A stretch of DNA of 20,000 nucleotides from an uncultured virus (IMG/VR IMGVR_UViG_3300044630_006741) (taxonomy: Duplodnaviria; Heunggongvirae; Uroviricota; Caudoviricetes): IMG/VR virus record IMGVR_UViG_3300044630_006741, one strand, 5' to 3'. The notes under the pieces were generated by a model. The model was given only the letters and a program-made list of their open reading frames with translations. It was not told the origin of the DNA and did no database searches. Below are positions 7,585 through 15,675 of this stretch, piece by piece; the first letter of the stretch is position 1; every line of letters begins with the position of its first letter. A program made the position numbers and the translations under genes.

Positions 7585-9369
7585 ATGAAAATACTGAGCT
7601 TCTCAGATTATCTAATTGAAAAGGAGGATCCCAATGAGGGATCCTTCTCTTCTGATGAATTTACTTTTAGAAACGGTATATTCGGAGGGACTAGATTCAA
7701 ATCTAACAAAAAAATGGATCTCATAGATATCTCAGGAGACACTAAGCTAATGCCCAAGGACGATAAAGCAGTATTGGGGATTAGAAATTGGGAAAGAATA
7801 TCAGGAATAGATTCCAAAAGGAAAAAAGGATCAGAGGATCAGTATAAATGGATAGAACTAGAAAATAAAGGTGCGACTAAGAGATATCAGGAAGGCGATC
7901 AGGAATTTGATGCAGCGGTGAGATTCATAAATAGATTAATCAATCAACTATATTCCCAAAGTACCAAGGGGGGTGATTCTGAAACTGGTAAGGATATTAG
8001 TGCAGACGATTCTATCTATAGGCTATTATTGGATAAAGCTCTTTCAGCATTAGTCATGATGAGAGCTATTCTACCGGTGAACGCAGAGGGTAAGCCGAAG
8101 ATAAAAGACCTTCTAGATGACTTTAATATCTACACTAGCATAATAGGTATTCTAAGACAGGTAAAGCCAGATAAGGCTTCGCATAAAAAAATGTGGGGCG
8201 ATATAAAGAATCTGGGATCAGAGAGTGAGAAGTACATAGAGGAATTCGGTGAAGTATGGGGTGAATTAGAGAAAGCACCAGAGGGAGGAGAGACAAGGCC
8301 AGAAATGTTGAATAGAGGGTCTTTGGATTTTAAGAACGCTAAAGAAAAATATAGTGCCACCGGAAACGGGGCTTCTACTTTTATAAAAGCTGGTATAGAT
8401 AGTTATGCTAACGGTGGTTTAAATCTATTGGATAGCAACGGAATTGATCTAAACTCTTTGCAAAAAGTTTTTCCAGAGATCATAAAAAAATACGAGGAAA
8501 AAGAAGCGGGAGGAGCAGTTAATGAATCCTATATTAATCTAAAAAATAGATCAGATCTATTCGAGAGAAAAAAATCAGACGATACTTCCACAGCTCAGAT
8601 GCAGGAAGCTTCCTACTCAACTCTATTAAATCAAGTAATATCTCTAGCTGGAATCATAGATAGCTTCATAGATTTCTTTATAGGATCTCCGTTTGAAACA
8701 GAAATCAGAGCTTCAGCCGCTAAGTACCAAAAACCACTTCAGCAGGCTGCACAGTTTTTATCATCTAATAACTTCTCACAAATAAGAGGAAGTAGTGCAG
8801 GTGGCGATAAGATTAAGGAGATAACTGACAACTTAGAAAAGCTATCCGCACAAAACGGAGAGTTGAGTATCGCTGAGTGGAAAAATAAATCATTAGAAAA
8901 ATACGGGAACGCTCAGATTTCTAACGACTTTCTTAAAGATGGTGATGAAAAAATAGCAAGAGCTCAAGGCATAGTAAACGATATGGTTAAGCTGTCTTCT
9001 CTTAAACAGAAAGCAGCTTCAACCGAACTTCAAAACGTAATAGCTGATATTGCTAACGTAAACACAATGGGTGATCCTAAGATTGATAGAATAGGCGGAG
9101 GCGATGGCGTGACAGACGGAGCACCCACCTCTAAAGCAGATATAGAAGAGCTTCAGAAGGAAATATCTAATATATTGGGTACACCCAAATCTGCTACAGA
9201 TAAAGTAACACCAGAGGAGGTATTGGAAATAGCTAGATATCTTTCACTGCTAACAGGAAAGACATATAAAACTGCTAACGGTACCACAGACACAGCGGAG
9301 ATTAATAAGGACATACGTATATTCCTAGAAAAAAGAGGGGATATAAAGAAAGAGCTATACGTTAATTGA
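7585..9369 (+). CDS. Hypothetical virion (putative internal head) protein, paralog 3
   Basis: 594 aa, helical. N-terminus MKILSFSDYLIE. Internal VNESY...LFE linker followed by YSTLLNQ, similar to the shared segment of the two upstream ORFs. Confidence 0.55.
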   Translation: MKILSFSDYLIEKEDPNEGSFSSDEFTFRNGIFGGTRFKSNKKMDLIDISGDTKLMPKDDKAVLGIRNWERISGIDSKRKKGSEDQYKWIELENKGATKRYQEGDQEFDAAVRFINRLINQLYSQSTKGGDSETGKDISADDSIYRLLLDKALSALVMMRAILPVNAEGKPKIKDLLDDFNIYTSIIGILRQVKPDKASHKKMWGDIKNLGSESEKYIEEFGEVWGELEKAPEGGETRPEMLNRGSLDFKNAKEKYSATGNGASTFIKAGIDSYANGGLNLLDSNGIDLNSLQKVFPEIIKKYEEKEAGGAVNESYINLKNRSDLFERKKSDDTSTAQMQEASYSTLLNQVISLAGIIDSFIDFFIGSPFETEIRASAAKYQKPLQQAAQFLSSNNFSQIRGSSAGGDKIKEITDNLEKLSAQNGELSIAEWKNKSLEKYGNAQISNDFLKDGDEKIARAQGIVNDMVKLSSLKQKAASTELQNVIADIANVNTMGDPKIDRIGGGDGVTDGAPTSKADIEELQKEISNILGTPKSATDKVTPEEVLEIARYLSLLTGKTYKTANGTTDTAEINKDIRIFLEKRGDIKKELYVN

Positions 9370-9407
9370 TAATAAATAGTTTTTTTTGTAAAATTATTTA
9401 TTATTTT
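9369..9407 (+). terminator. AT-rich 15-bp hairpin, candidate intrinsic terminator
   Basis: ataataaatagtttt (9369-9383) pairs with aaaattatttattat (9390-9404) with one G-U pair. It is followed by a short T run and lies directly after the stop of ORF 7585. Confidence 0.4.
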
Positions 9408-9547
9408 GAAACAATTCGTAATTTAACAGCTAAGACTATTACTTGTAATCACCCGGGGTAATATCATACTAAGACATATAAGAGCCCCAATCTTAGCTTT
9501 ACAAAGGCCAAATCTAAAACATAAATCCCAATCATAAAATTCTAAAA

Positions 9548-9576
9548 GAAACCTCTTGCTGTTTTCCGAGTATAAT
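9548..9576 (+). promoter_or_regulatory. Putative early/middle promoter of the uvsX operon (GAAAC-N18-TATAAT)
   Basis: Perfect TATAAT at 9571-9576, 23 nt before the uvsX ATG. GAAAC occupies the -35 position. No TTGACA is present. Confidence 0.45.
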
Positions 9577-9599
9577 ATAGAAAACATTTCTATTTAATT

Positions 9600-10787
9600 A
9601 TGGCTAAAACTACATCGGAAAAAGGGAAAGGCTTTTCTTTCCTATCACTGGATAAAGAGCTTTCAAAGATATCCGGGTTTGAGACGGGGTCTATTCTTTC
9701 AGAAAACTCTTTCAGTGAGGTTGACGAGTGGATTTCCACTGGTAACTATCTTCTTAATGCCCAAATATCGGGAACCCTATTTGGGGGAATACCAAATACA
9801 AGATCGCTAGGTGTCATGGGAGACCCGGGAACGGGTAAATCTTTTTTCTGTCTAAACGTCGTTAGAGAGGCACAGAAGCAAGGATACGATGTCATATATT
9901 GTGACACAGAGGGTGCTATTGATAAAAGCAGCGCTAAAAACTTCGGTATTGATCTAAACAAGATTAGATACCAGCCTATTCAAACTGTTTCACAATTCCA
10001 AACATTTGTATCTAATATATTAGATCTTGTTAAGAAATCCAAAAGTGAGGGCGAAAATCCAAAGATCTTATTGATACTTGATTCTTTAGGTATGCTTAGT
10101 ACGGATAAGGAACTAGCCGATGCTCTAAAAGGGCATAATGCAGCAGATATGGGGGCTAAAGCTAAGGAGCTTAGAAAGCTATTTAGAGTTATTACACTAG
10201 ACCTAACTGCAGCTAAGATCCCTTTGATCTGTACAAACCACGTTTATACCGGAGGTGGCTACATGCCGACCAAAGAAAGCTCAGGTGGCGATGGACCAAT
10301 CTTCGCTATGTCTGCTGTTGCGTTTCTTTCTAAGGCTCAGCTGAAAGATGGTGCAGGCACTAAGACTGGTATAGTTGTTACCTCCAATCTTAAGAAAAGT
10401 AGATTCACTGTCCCTGAAATGATCAAGTTTCATATATCATTTGCTAATGGTATGAATCCATATGTTGGATTACAGGACTATGTTTCTTGGGATGTTTGCG
10501 GTATAGAAAGAGGTAAATTCGAGGAAGTAAAGAACGCTGAAGGTAAAAAAGAAATGGTTTTTAAGCCTAACGCATCGGCAGTTAGATGGGGCGTTAAACA
10601 TCTAGGAAAGACCATAGCATCTACGGAGTTATTCTCACCCAATATTTTCACTGATGAGGTTTTAAAAAATATTGACGAGCGCGTAATCCAGCCTAAATTC
10701 AAATTGCCAGATCTATCCGATCCTACTGAAATTTTAGATGAATTGGAAATGGGCGGAAATGAGGTAGACGACAATGGAGAGGAATAA
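9600..10787 (+). CDS. uvsX: UvsX/RecA-like recombinase
   Basis: ISTGNYLLNAQISG, Walker A GDPGTGKS, DTEGA, Walker B LILDSLGML, TNHVY and SGG, followed by an acidic tail. Matches the T4-like UvsX pattern. Confidence 0.92.
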   Translation: MAKTTSEKGKGFSFLSLDKELSKISGFETGSILSENSFSEVDEWISTGNYLLNAQISGTLFGGIPNTRSLGVMGDPGTGKSFFCLNVVREAQKQGYDVIYCDTEGAIDKSSAKNFGIDLNKIRYQPIQTVSQFQTFVSNILDLVKKSKSEGENPKILLILDSLGMLSTDKELADALKGHNAADMGAKAKELRKLFRVITLDLTAAKIPLICTNHVYTGGGYMPTKESSGGDGPIFAMSAVAFLSKAQLKDGAGTKTGIVVTSNLKKSRFTVPEMIKFHISFANGMNPYVGLQDYVSWDVCGIERGKFEEVKNAEGKKEMVFKPNASAVRWGVKHLGKTIASTELFSPNIFTDEVLKNIDERVIQPKFKLPDLSDPTEILDELEMGGNEVDDNGEE

Positions 10788-11076
10788 GATCGAGTTTAAG
10801 TATTTGATGGGCTTGTGGAAAACTCTACCCGACTACCCTACTAAGAAAGATATAACATACGAATTAAGCGTTTATCTTTTAAAGGACGGCAGGCCAAACG
10901 GTGAGTTTTCACACCAGACCTTCAATTCTGCCTTTGGCTCGGATTGGGAAAAGACCGAACACAAAAGAATAGTAGATGAAATGATTAAAGATGGTGACTT
11001 CGAGGAAACCTCTAAGTCATCTGTCACTAAGAGATGGTATAGAATTAAAAATAACCCTTATTATAACAGGAAATAG
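10774..11076 (+). CDS. Small hypothetical protein, possible winged-helix domain
   Basis: 100 aa. Overlaps the uvsX end by 14 nt and abuts the helicase ATG. Helix HKRIVDEMIKDG followed by the beta-hairpin DFEE...KRWYRI looks like a wHTH wing. Confidence 0.6.
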   Translation: MERNKIEFKYLMGLWKTLPDYPTKKDITYELSVYLLKDGRPNGEFSHQTFNSAFGSDWEKTEHKRIVDEMIKDGDFEETSKSSVTKRWYRIKNNPYYNRK

Positions 11077-12378
11077 ATGGATTTAAGTTACTCTGAAAAT
11101 ATTATCATCAAGAACATTCTAGAAGACAAGTCTTATCTAGAAGTTGTAAAATCTGATTTTTTTAAGAACGAGGGATTTAAAACCATAGTAGAGGTAGCCA
11201 AGGATTTCTGGGAGAGATATAAGGAATCGCCAACTAGAGAGCAGATAAAAGAGGCTCTTAAGATATCTGGCAGAATAGATAGTGTATCAATAAGCGAGAT
11301 TGATAGCATATATGACGTTGATCTAAATAAATACGACTCCGATTGGCTCATAGAGACCACCCAGTTTTTTATTGAATATAAGAATCTGACAAAGTCAGCT
11401 GTTGATGCGGTTAAGTATCTACAGAGCACGCCTGTTACTTCTGAAAATATAAAGTCTGTTATTGAGACTTTTAAGAGTATAGTAAACGATAGAAATAATC
11501 TAGATTTCTCTTTCGATGAGGGATTAGATTTCTTTAATGCTGAGAATCACAAGCAACCCACTACCAACACATTCTCTAGCGGTTATACTTTTATAGATAC
11601 CGTATTAGGAGGTGGATTTTCAGCTAAGGCATTATATGTTTTCATGGGTATGCCTAAGGTAGGTAAAAGTTTATGGCTCGGAAACATAGCTGCTCAAGCA
11701 GTTAGATCTGGTCATAATGTAGGTATCATTTCCCTGGAAATGAGTGATCGAAAATATGTGAAGAGATTAGGTGCTAATATCTTAGGTATACCCGTTGGTG
11801 AATACAACGATAGGGCCGAGGATGACCAACTAATAAAGAAGAAAATTCAGTCTGTAGCTTTTGATAATCTGCAAATCCCTGGTAAATTGTTTGTCAAGGA
11901 ATTTCCAACATCACAAGCATCAGTACATGATGTTGAGAGATATTTAAGAAAAATTGAGGAAAGTAAGGGTATAAAATTTAAGGTTGTTATTGTGGATTAT
12001 ATTAACATTATGAAGAATTGGCGAAATCCGAATTCAGAGAACACCTACATGAAGATTAAGCAGATTGCAGAGGATTTAAGAGGAATTGCCATGGCGAATG
12101 AATGGTCCATAATTACAGCAACACAAACCAAACAATCTGATTTTGATTCATCGGATTTGAGTATCAACTCAGCTGCCGAATCATCAGGTCTAGTAGCTAC
12201 CGTTGATGGTATGTTTGGCATCATTCAAGATCCCATGATGTACGCAAATAGGGAGTATAAATTGAAGATATTGGCAAACCGTGATGACGGTTATAAAAAT
12301 GCACATAAGATTTTCAACGTCGATTACAAGTTCATGAGAATAGTAGAAGACACGAATACACCCATGCACACAGAATAA
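11077..12378 (+). CDS. gp41: DnaB-like replicative DNA helicase (T4 gp41-like)
   Basis: Walker A GMPKVGKS, ISLEMS, VKEFPT, VDYINIM, IAEDLRG, TATQT and AESSGL. Located downstream of uvsX as in T4-like phages. Confidence 0.92.
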   Translation: MDLSYSENIIIKNILEDKSYLEVVKSDFFKNEGFKTIVEVAKDFWERYKESPTREQIKEALKISGRIDSVSISEIDSIYDVDLNKYDSDWLIETTQFFIEYKNLTKSAVDAVKYLQSTPVTSENIKSVIETFKSIVNDRNNLDFSFDEGLDFFNAENHKQPTTNTFSSGYTFIDTVLGGGFSAKALYVFMGMPKVGKSLWLGNIAAQAVRSGHNVGIISLEMSDRKYVKRLGANILGIPVGEYNDRAEDDQLIKKKIQSVAFDNLQIPGKLFVKEFPTSQASVHDVERYLRKIEESKGIKFKVVIVDYINIMKNWRNPNSENTYMKIKQIAEDLRGIAMANEWSIITATQTKQSDFDSSDLSINSAAESSGLVATVDGMFGIIQDPMMYANREYKLKILANRDDGYKNAHKIFNVDYKFMRIVEDTNTPMHTE

Positions 12379-12387
12379 AAAAATAGC

Positions 12388-12852
12388 ATGGTAGAAAAAA
12401 AAGAAGAAGAACAGCCAAATAAAAAACTTGGCGATAAAATATTCGGTGCACATAATAATCCAACAAAGGACTCTGATTACAGTGATAACTTTGATGTTGA
12501 TTTTTCGCACGTGATAATAGAGGATCGATACGACGAGGAGGAGTATCTCTATAAAAAAAAACTGGAGGAAGCAGTGTATGTTGCTTTCCAGAATTCACGC
12601 TGGCATCCGCTTAGCTATAAGAAGAAAATACCAAAGGATCTTATACCCCACTTATTCCATGAGATATTGGAGCAAATGGAAGAAACTGAATTTAACTTCA
12701 TAGAGAAGTTTGTCAGCATATGTGATTTTGTATCTCTTTCGTATACTAAAGCATATGATGTGATTCCGACTAAATATAAAGAAAAAATAGTCAACGAGTT
12801 GGAGATAAAGTATAGCGTTTTATCAAAAAGAAACATAAGTAAATTGTTTTAA
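12388..12852 (+). CDS. Hypothetical protein, probable gp33-like late-transcription coactivator
   Basis: The C-terminal ~60 aa (ILEQMEETEFNFIEKFVSICDFVSLSYTKAYDVIPTKYKEKIVNELEIKYSVLSKRNISKLF) align by eye with T4 gp33 as recalled (IIEKM..MSYLE...SIPETQ...FIP....EKIQSE). The N-terminus is acidic. Confidence 0.55.
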   Translation: MVEKKEEEQPNKKLGDKIFGAHNNPTKDSDYSDNFDVDFSHVIIEDRYDEEEYLYKKKLEEAVYVAFQNSRWHPLSYKKKIPKDLIPHLFHEILEQMEETEFNFIEKFVSICDFVSLSYTKAYDVIPTKYKEKIVNELEIKYSVLSKRNISKLF

Positions 12853-12861
12853 TCACTATAA

Positions 12862-13965
12862 ATGGTAGAGAATAAGGAAGCTAAAAGAGTTTGGTTTATT
12901 ACAGATACCCACCTGGGGGTAAGAAACAATTCTAACGAGTGGATAGATTATATAAGATCTTATTTCTTTGATTGGTTTTTTCCACTTGTGAAACAGCACT
13001 GGAAACCAGGAGACGTTCTGCTACATCTTGGTGATTATTACGACTCTAGACAGAGTGTCAATCTTAAAGTTTTAAACATGGGAGTTGAAGTAGCTGAGGA
13101 GCTATCTAGACTATTTCCGGATGGAATTTATTTTATAATAGGTAACCATGATATTTGGGGGGTCTCCAATAATGGGGTCAATTCTTTGAAGTCAATAAAA
13201 TGGGTACCCGGTATTACTATTTTCGAAGAACCTGAAACACTTGTACTTTCTGACAAGAGATTTTATATGATGCCTTGGAGAAAGAATCATGACGAGGAGG
13301 AGGCCACCCTTGAAGGTGCTGAACCCCATGATTATCTATGCTGTCATACAGATATAAGGGGACTTAAGTTTAATAGAGCAGTACATATCGAGAATGGCGC
13401 TAACATAGATAAATTCAGAAAATTTGATCGAGTTTACTCTGGCCATATACACTATTCACAGACGGTTGATAATATTAAGATGCTAGGATCTCCCTATGAG
13501 ATAACAAGATCCGATATGGGTAATCCTAAAGGAATAACTCTTCTTGATTTATCCAACGGCGGGGAAACGTATTTTCCTAATGAATTTTCTCCTAAGTTCA
13601 AAAAACTTTATTTTGACGAGATCCTGGATATGAATTCTTTGGAGGTCGAGGAGCTGTTCAGGAATAACTTTGTTGATATAATGATAGATCCAAGAATGGC
13701 TCTAAAAGCACCACTGAATATCATAACAGACACAATACAGTCACAAAGAAAATTAAGTTTTCATCCATACGATCCAGAGCAAGCAAACCCTCTCTCCGTA
13801 CAGATAATGGAAACTGACGGAAAGCAGTTCAATGTTTTGGATTTCATAGGTGAATATGTGAGAACTATCGAAACAGATGAAGACACCAAAGATAAAATAA
13901 AGAGAAGTTTAGGTAAACTGTATCAAACAGTCGTAGAAAAGGATCAGGAAAACAGAGAGCTATGA
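12862..13965 (+). CDS. gp47: Recombination endonuclease subunit, Mre11/SbcD-like metallophosphoesterase (T4 gp47-like)
   Basis: TDTHLG, LGDYYD, IGNHD, CHTD and SGHIH motifs. ATGA overlap with the Rad50-like gene. Confidence 0.92.
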   Translation: MVENKEAKRVWFITDTHLGVRNNSNEWIDYIRSYFFDWFFPLVKQHWKPGDVLLHLGDYYDSRQSVNLKVLNMGVEVAEELSRLFPDGIYFIIGNHDIWGVSNNGVNSLKSIKWVPGITIFEEPETLVLSDKRFYMMPWRKNHDEEEATLEGAEPHDYLCCHTDIRGLKFNRAVHIENGANIDKFRKFDRVYSGHIHYSQTVDNIKMLGSPYEITRSDMGNPKGITLLDLSNGGETYFPNEFSPKFKKLYFDEILDMNSLEVEELFRNNFVDIMIDPRMALKAPLNIITDTIQSQRKLSFHPYDPEQANPLSVQIMETDGKQFNVLDFIGEYVRTIETDEDTKDKIKRSLGKLYQTVVEKDQENREL

Positions 13966-15629
13966 AGATAAAGAAAGTAGAGTGGAAAAATTTTGCTTCA
14001 TATGGCAATAGAAAGCAGATTCTTGAATTTCCCGATGAACCCTCACTTTTTCAGGTTATAGGAGAAAATGGATCGGGCAAGTCATCTATATCCCAGGTTA
14101 TAACATTTGCTTTCTATGGTAAAGTAGAGGGTAAGAAATTAGGTGATATTCCTAATAGAATAAACGGAAATGCGTGGGTTCGTGTTGAATTTGAATCTGA
14201 TGGCAGAAATATAGCCGTTGAAAGAGGACTAGAGCCTAGCTTATTTGACCTGTATATTGATGGCATGAAGTACGATCAAGCTGGTCAAAGAACTGTACAG
14301 GAGTATTTATCAGATGATATTTTGGGAATACCGTATTATGTTTTCAATAATACAATCTTACTCTCCATTAATGACTTTAAGAGTTTTATTAAAATGAGTG
14401 TTCAGGACAAAAGGGCAATCGTTGATAAAATATTCGGATTCCACATATTGAACCAAATGAGGGATGCCCTCAAAGAGGAATCTAAGAAAATAAAGGAATC
14501 GATGGATAATCTGTCCGGGCAGATGATCTCAATTAAAAACTCAATAGAGAAGTCGCATTATGAAATGGAATCTCTTGCTTCTGAAATAGAAGAAAAGTCA
14601 AAGGAAAGACTAGGATCTCTTAACGAATCTCTTGAAGCTTTCATCAAGCTGCAGGAAATACATTCTCAAAAAATAACAGATTTTAAAAAAATTGAGACTG
14701 AGTTTAATTCCAGCAATCTTAGTGCAAACCAATCACTGACTGAAGCAAGAACTAAGATGAAGGATATTTTAAGAAGATTGTCCCTGTATGAATCTGATAA
14801 ATGTCCCACATGCGAGTCACCCCTAGATACTGATTTTCATAGTGATGTCAAAAATGGTCTAGAGGTTGAATCTAAAAAAATGGAAAGCAATCTTAGTGAA
14901 ATTGAATCCCTGATTTTAGACCTTAGAAAAAAAGAGGCAGACATAAATTCAACAAAATCAGATCTGAGGGACAAAGGAAATAAAATATCTGCTAAGATCA
15001 TAGAGGTAAATAGGGAAATAGAGTCTCTATCTCATAAGAGCGGCAGGGATGAACAGCTTGGTGCGTTAAAGAGGATAATAGATAATCTGGAGAGCGACAG
15101 CCAATCGATACAATCTGAGTCTTTTAAGGTGGAGGAAAAATCTAACTGGATAAAGACTTTGGATGATATATTAGGGGAGAAGGGTGTTAAACAATTGGCT
15201 ATACGAACCATACTTCCATCACTCAATTCTGAAATATTGGATCTTCTTGGACAAATGCACCTTGATTATCAAGTAGTGTTTGATGAGGAGTTTAAAGCTA
15301 CCATATATCACATGGGGATAGAGATACCAGTTCAGACCCTTAGCACCGGTGAAATGAAGAAGGTCGATTTTGTTGTTCTTGTGGCGATAATGAAGCTAAT
15401 GAAACTTAAATTTTCATCCATAAATCTACTATTCCTCGACGAGCTTTTTAGTTCCGTCGACCCGGATGGGATTTACTCTATATTAAAAATATTACAGAAG
15501 GTAACTAGAGAACTTGGCCTTAATATATTTGTGATTAATCACGCTCCAATGCCGCATGAGATATTCGATTGGAAGCTTGAGGTTAAAAAGATGAACAACT
15601 TCTCTACTATAACCATAGACAAGTTCTAA
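13962..15629 (+). CDS. gp46: Recombination ATPase subunit, Rad50/SbcC-like (T4 gp46-like)
   Basis: WKNFASYGN, Walker A GENGSGKS, coiled coil with zinc hook CPTC, signature LSTGE, Walker B LFLDE, D-loop SSVD and H-loop INH. Confidence 0.93.
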   Translation: MKIKKVEWKNFASYGNRKQILEFPDEPSLFQVIGENGSGKSSISQVITFAFYGKVEGKKLGDIPNRINGNAWVRVEFESDGRNIAVERGLEPSLFDLYIDGMKYDQAGQRTVQEYLSDDILGIPYYVFNNTILLSINDFKSFIKMSVQDKRAIVDKIFGFHILNQMRDALKEESKKIKESMDNLSGQMISIKNSIEKSHYEMESLASEIEEKSKERLGSLNESLEAFIKLQEIHSQKITDFKKIETEFNSSNLSANQSLTEARTKMKDILRRLSLYESDKCPTCESPLDTDFHSDVKNGLEVESKKMESNLSEIESLILDLRKKEADINSTKSDLRDKGNKISAKIIEVNREIESLSHKSGRDEQLGALKRIIDNLESDSQSIQSESFKVEEKSNWIKTLDDILGEKGVKQLAIRTILPSLNSEILDLLGQMHLDYQVVFDEEFKATIYHMGIEIPVQTLSTGEMKKVDFVVLVAIMKLMKLKFSSINLLFLDELFSSVDPDGIYSILKILQKVTRELGLNIFVINHAPMPHEIFDWKLEVKKMNNFSTITIDKF

Positions 15630-15643
15630 TTTTTATTTTATAG

Positions 15644-15651
15644 AATATATA
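15644..15651 (+). promoter_or_regulatory. Putative phage late promoter AATATATA
   Basis: Intergenic, 24 nt before the TTG start at 15676, at the boundary between the replication and structural blocks. Confidence 0.6.
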
Positions 15652-15675
15652 GGATAGAAAAATCTCTATTCAATA

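Noticed and set aside
9600..15629. Inteins or introns in uvsX, helicase or gp46/47
   Set aside because: Lengths are ordinary and the motifs are contiguous. No intein splice motifs or homing endonucleases were seen.
9600..15629. Bacterial chromosomal recA/dnaB/sbcCD or a defence system
   Set aside because: The motif variants, short gp46-size coiled coil, gene order and neighbouring tail genes fit a T4-like phage core.
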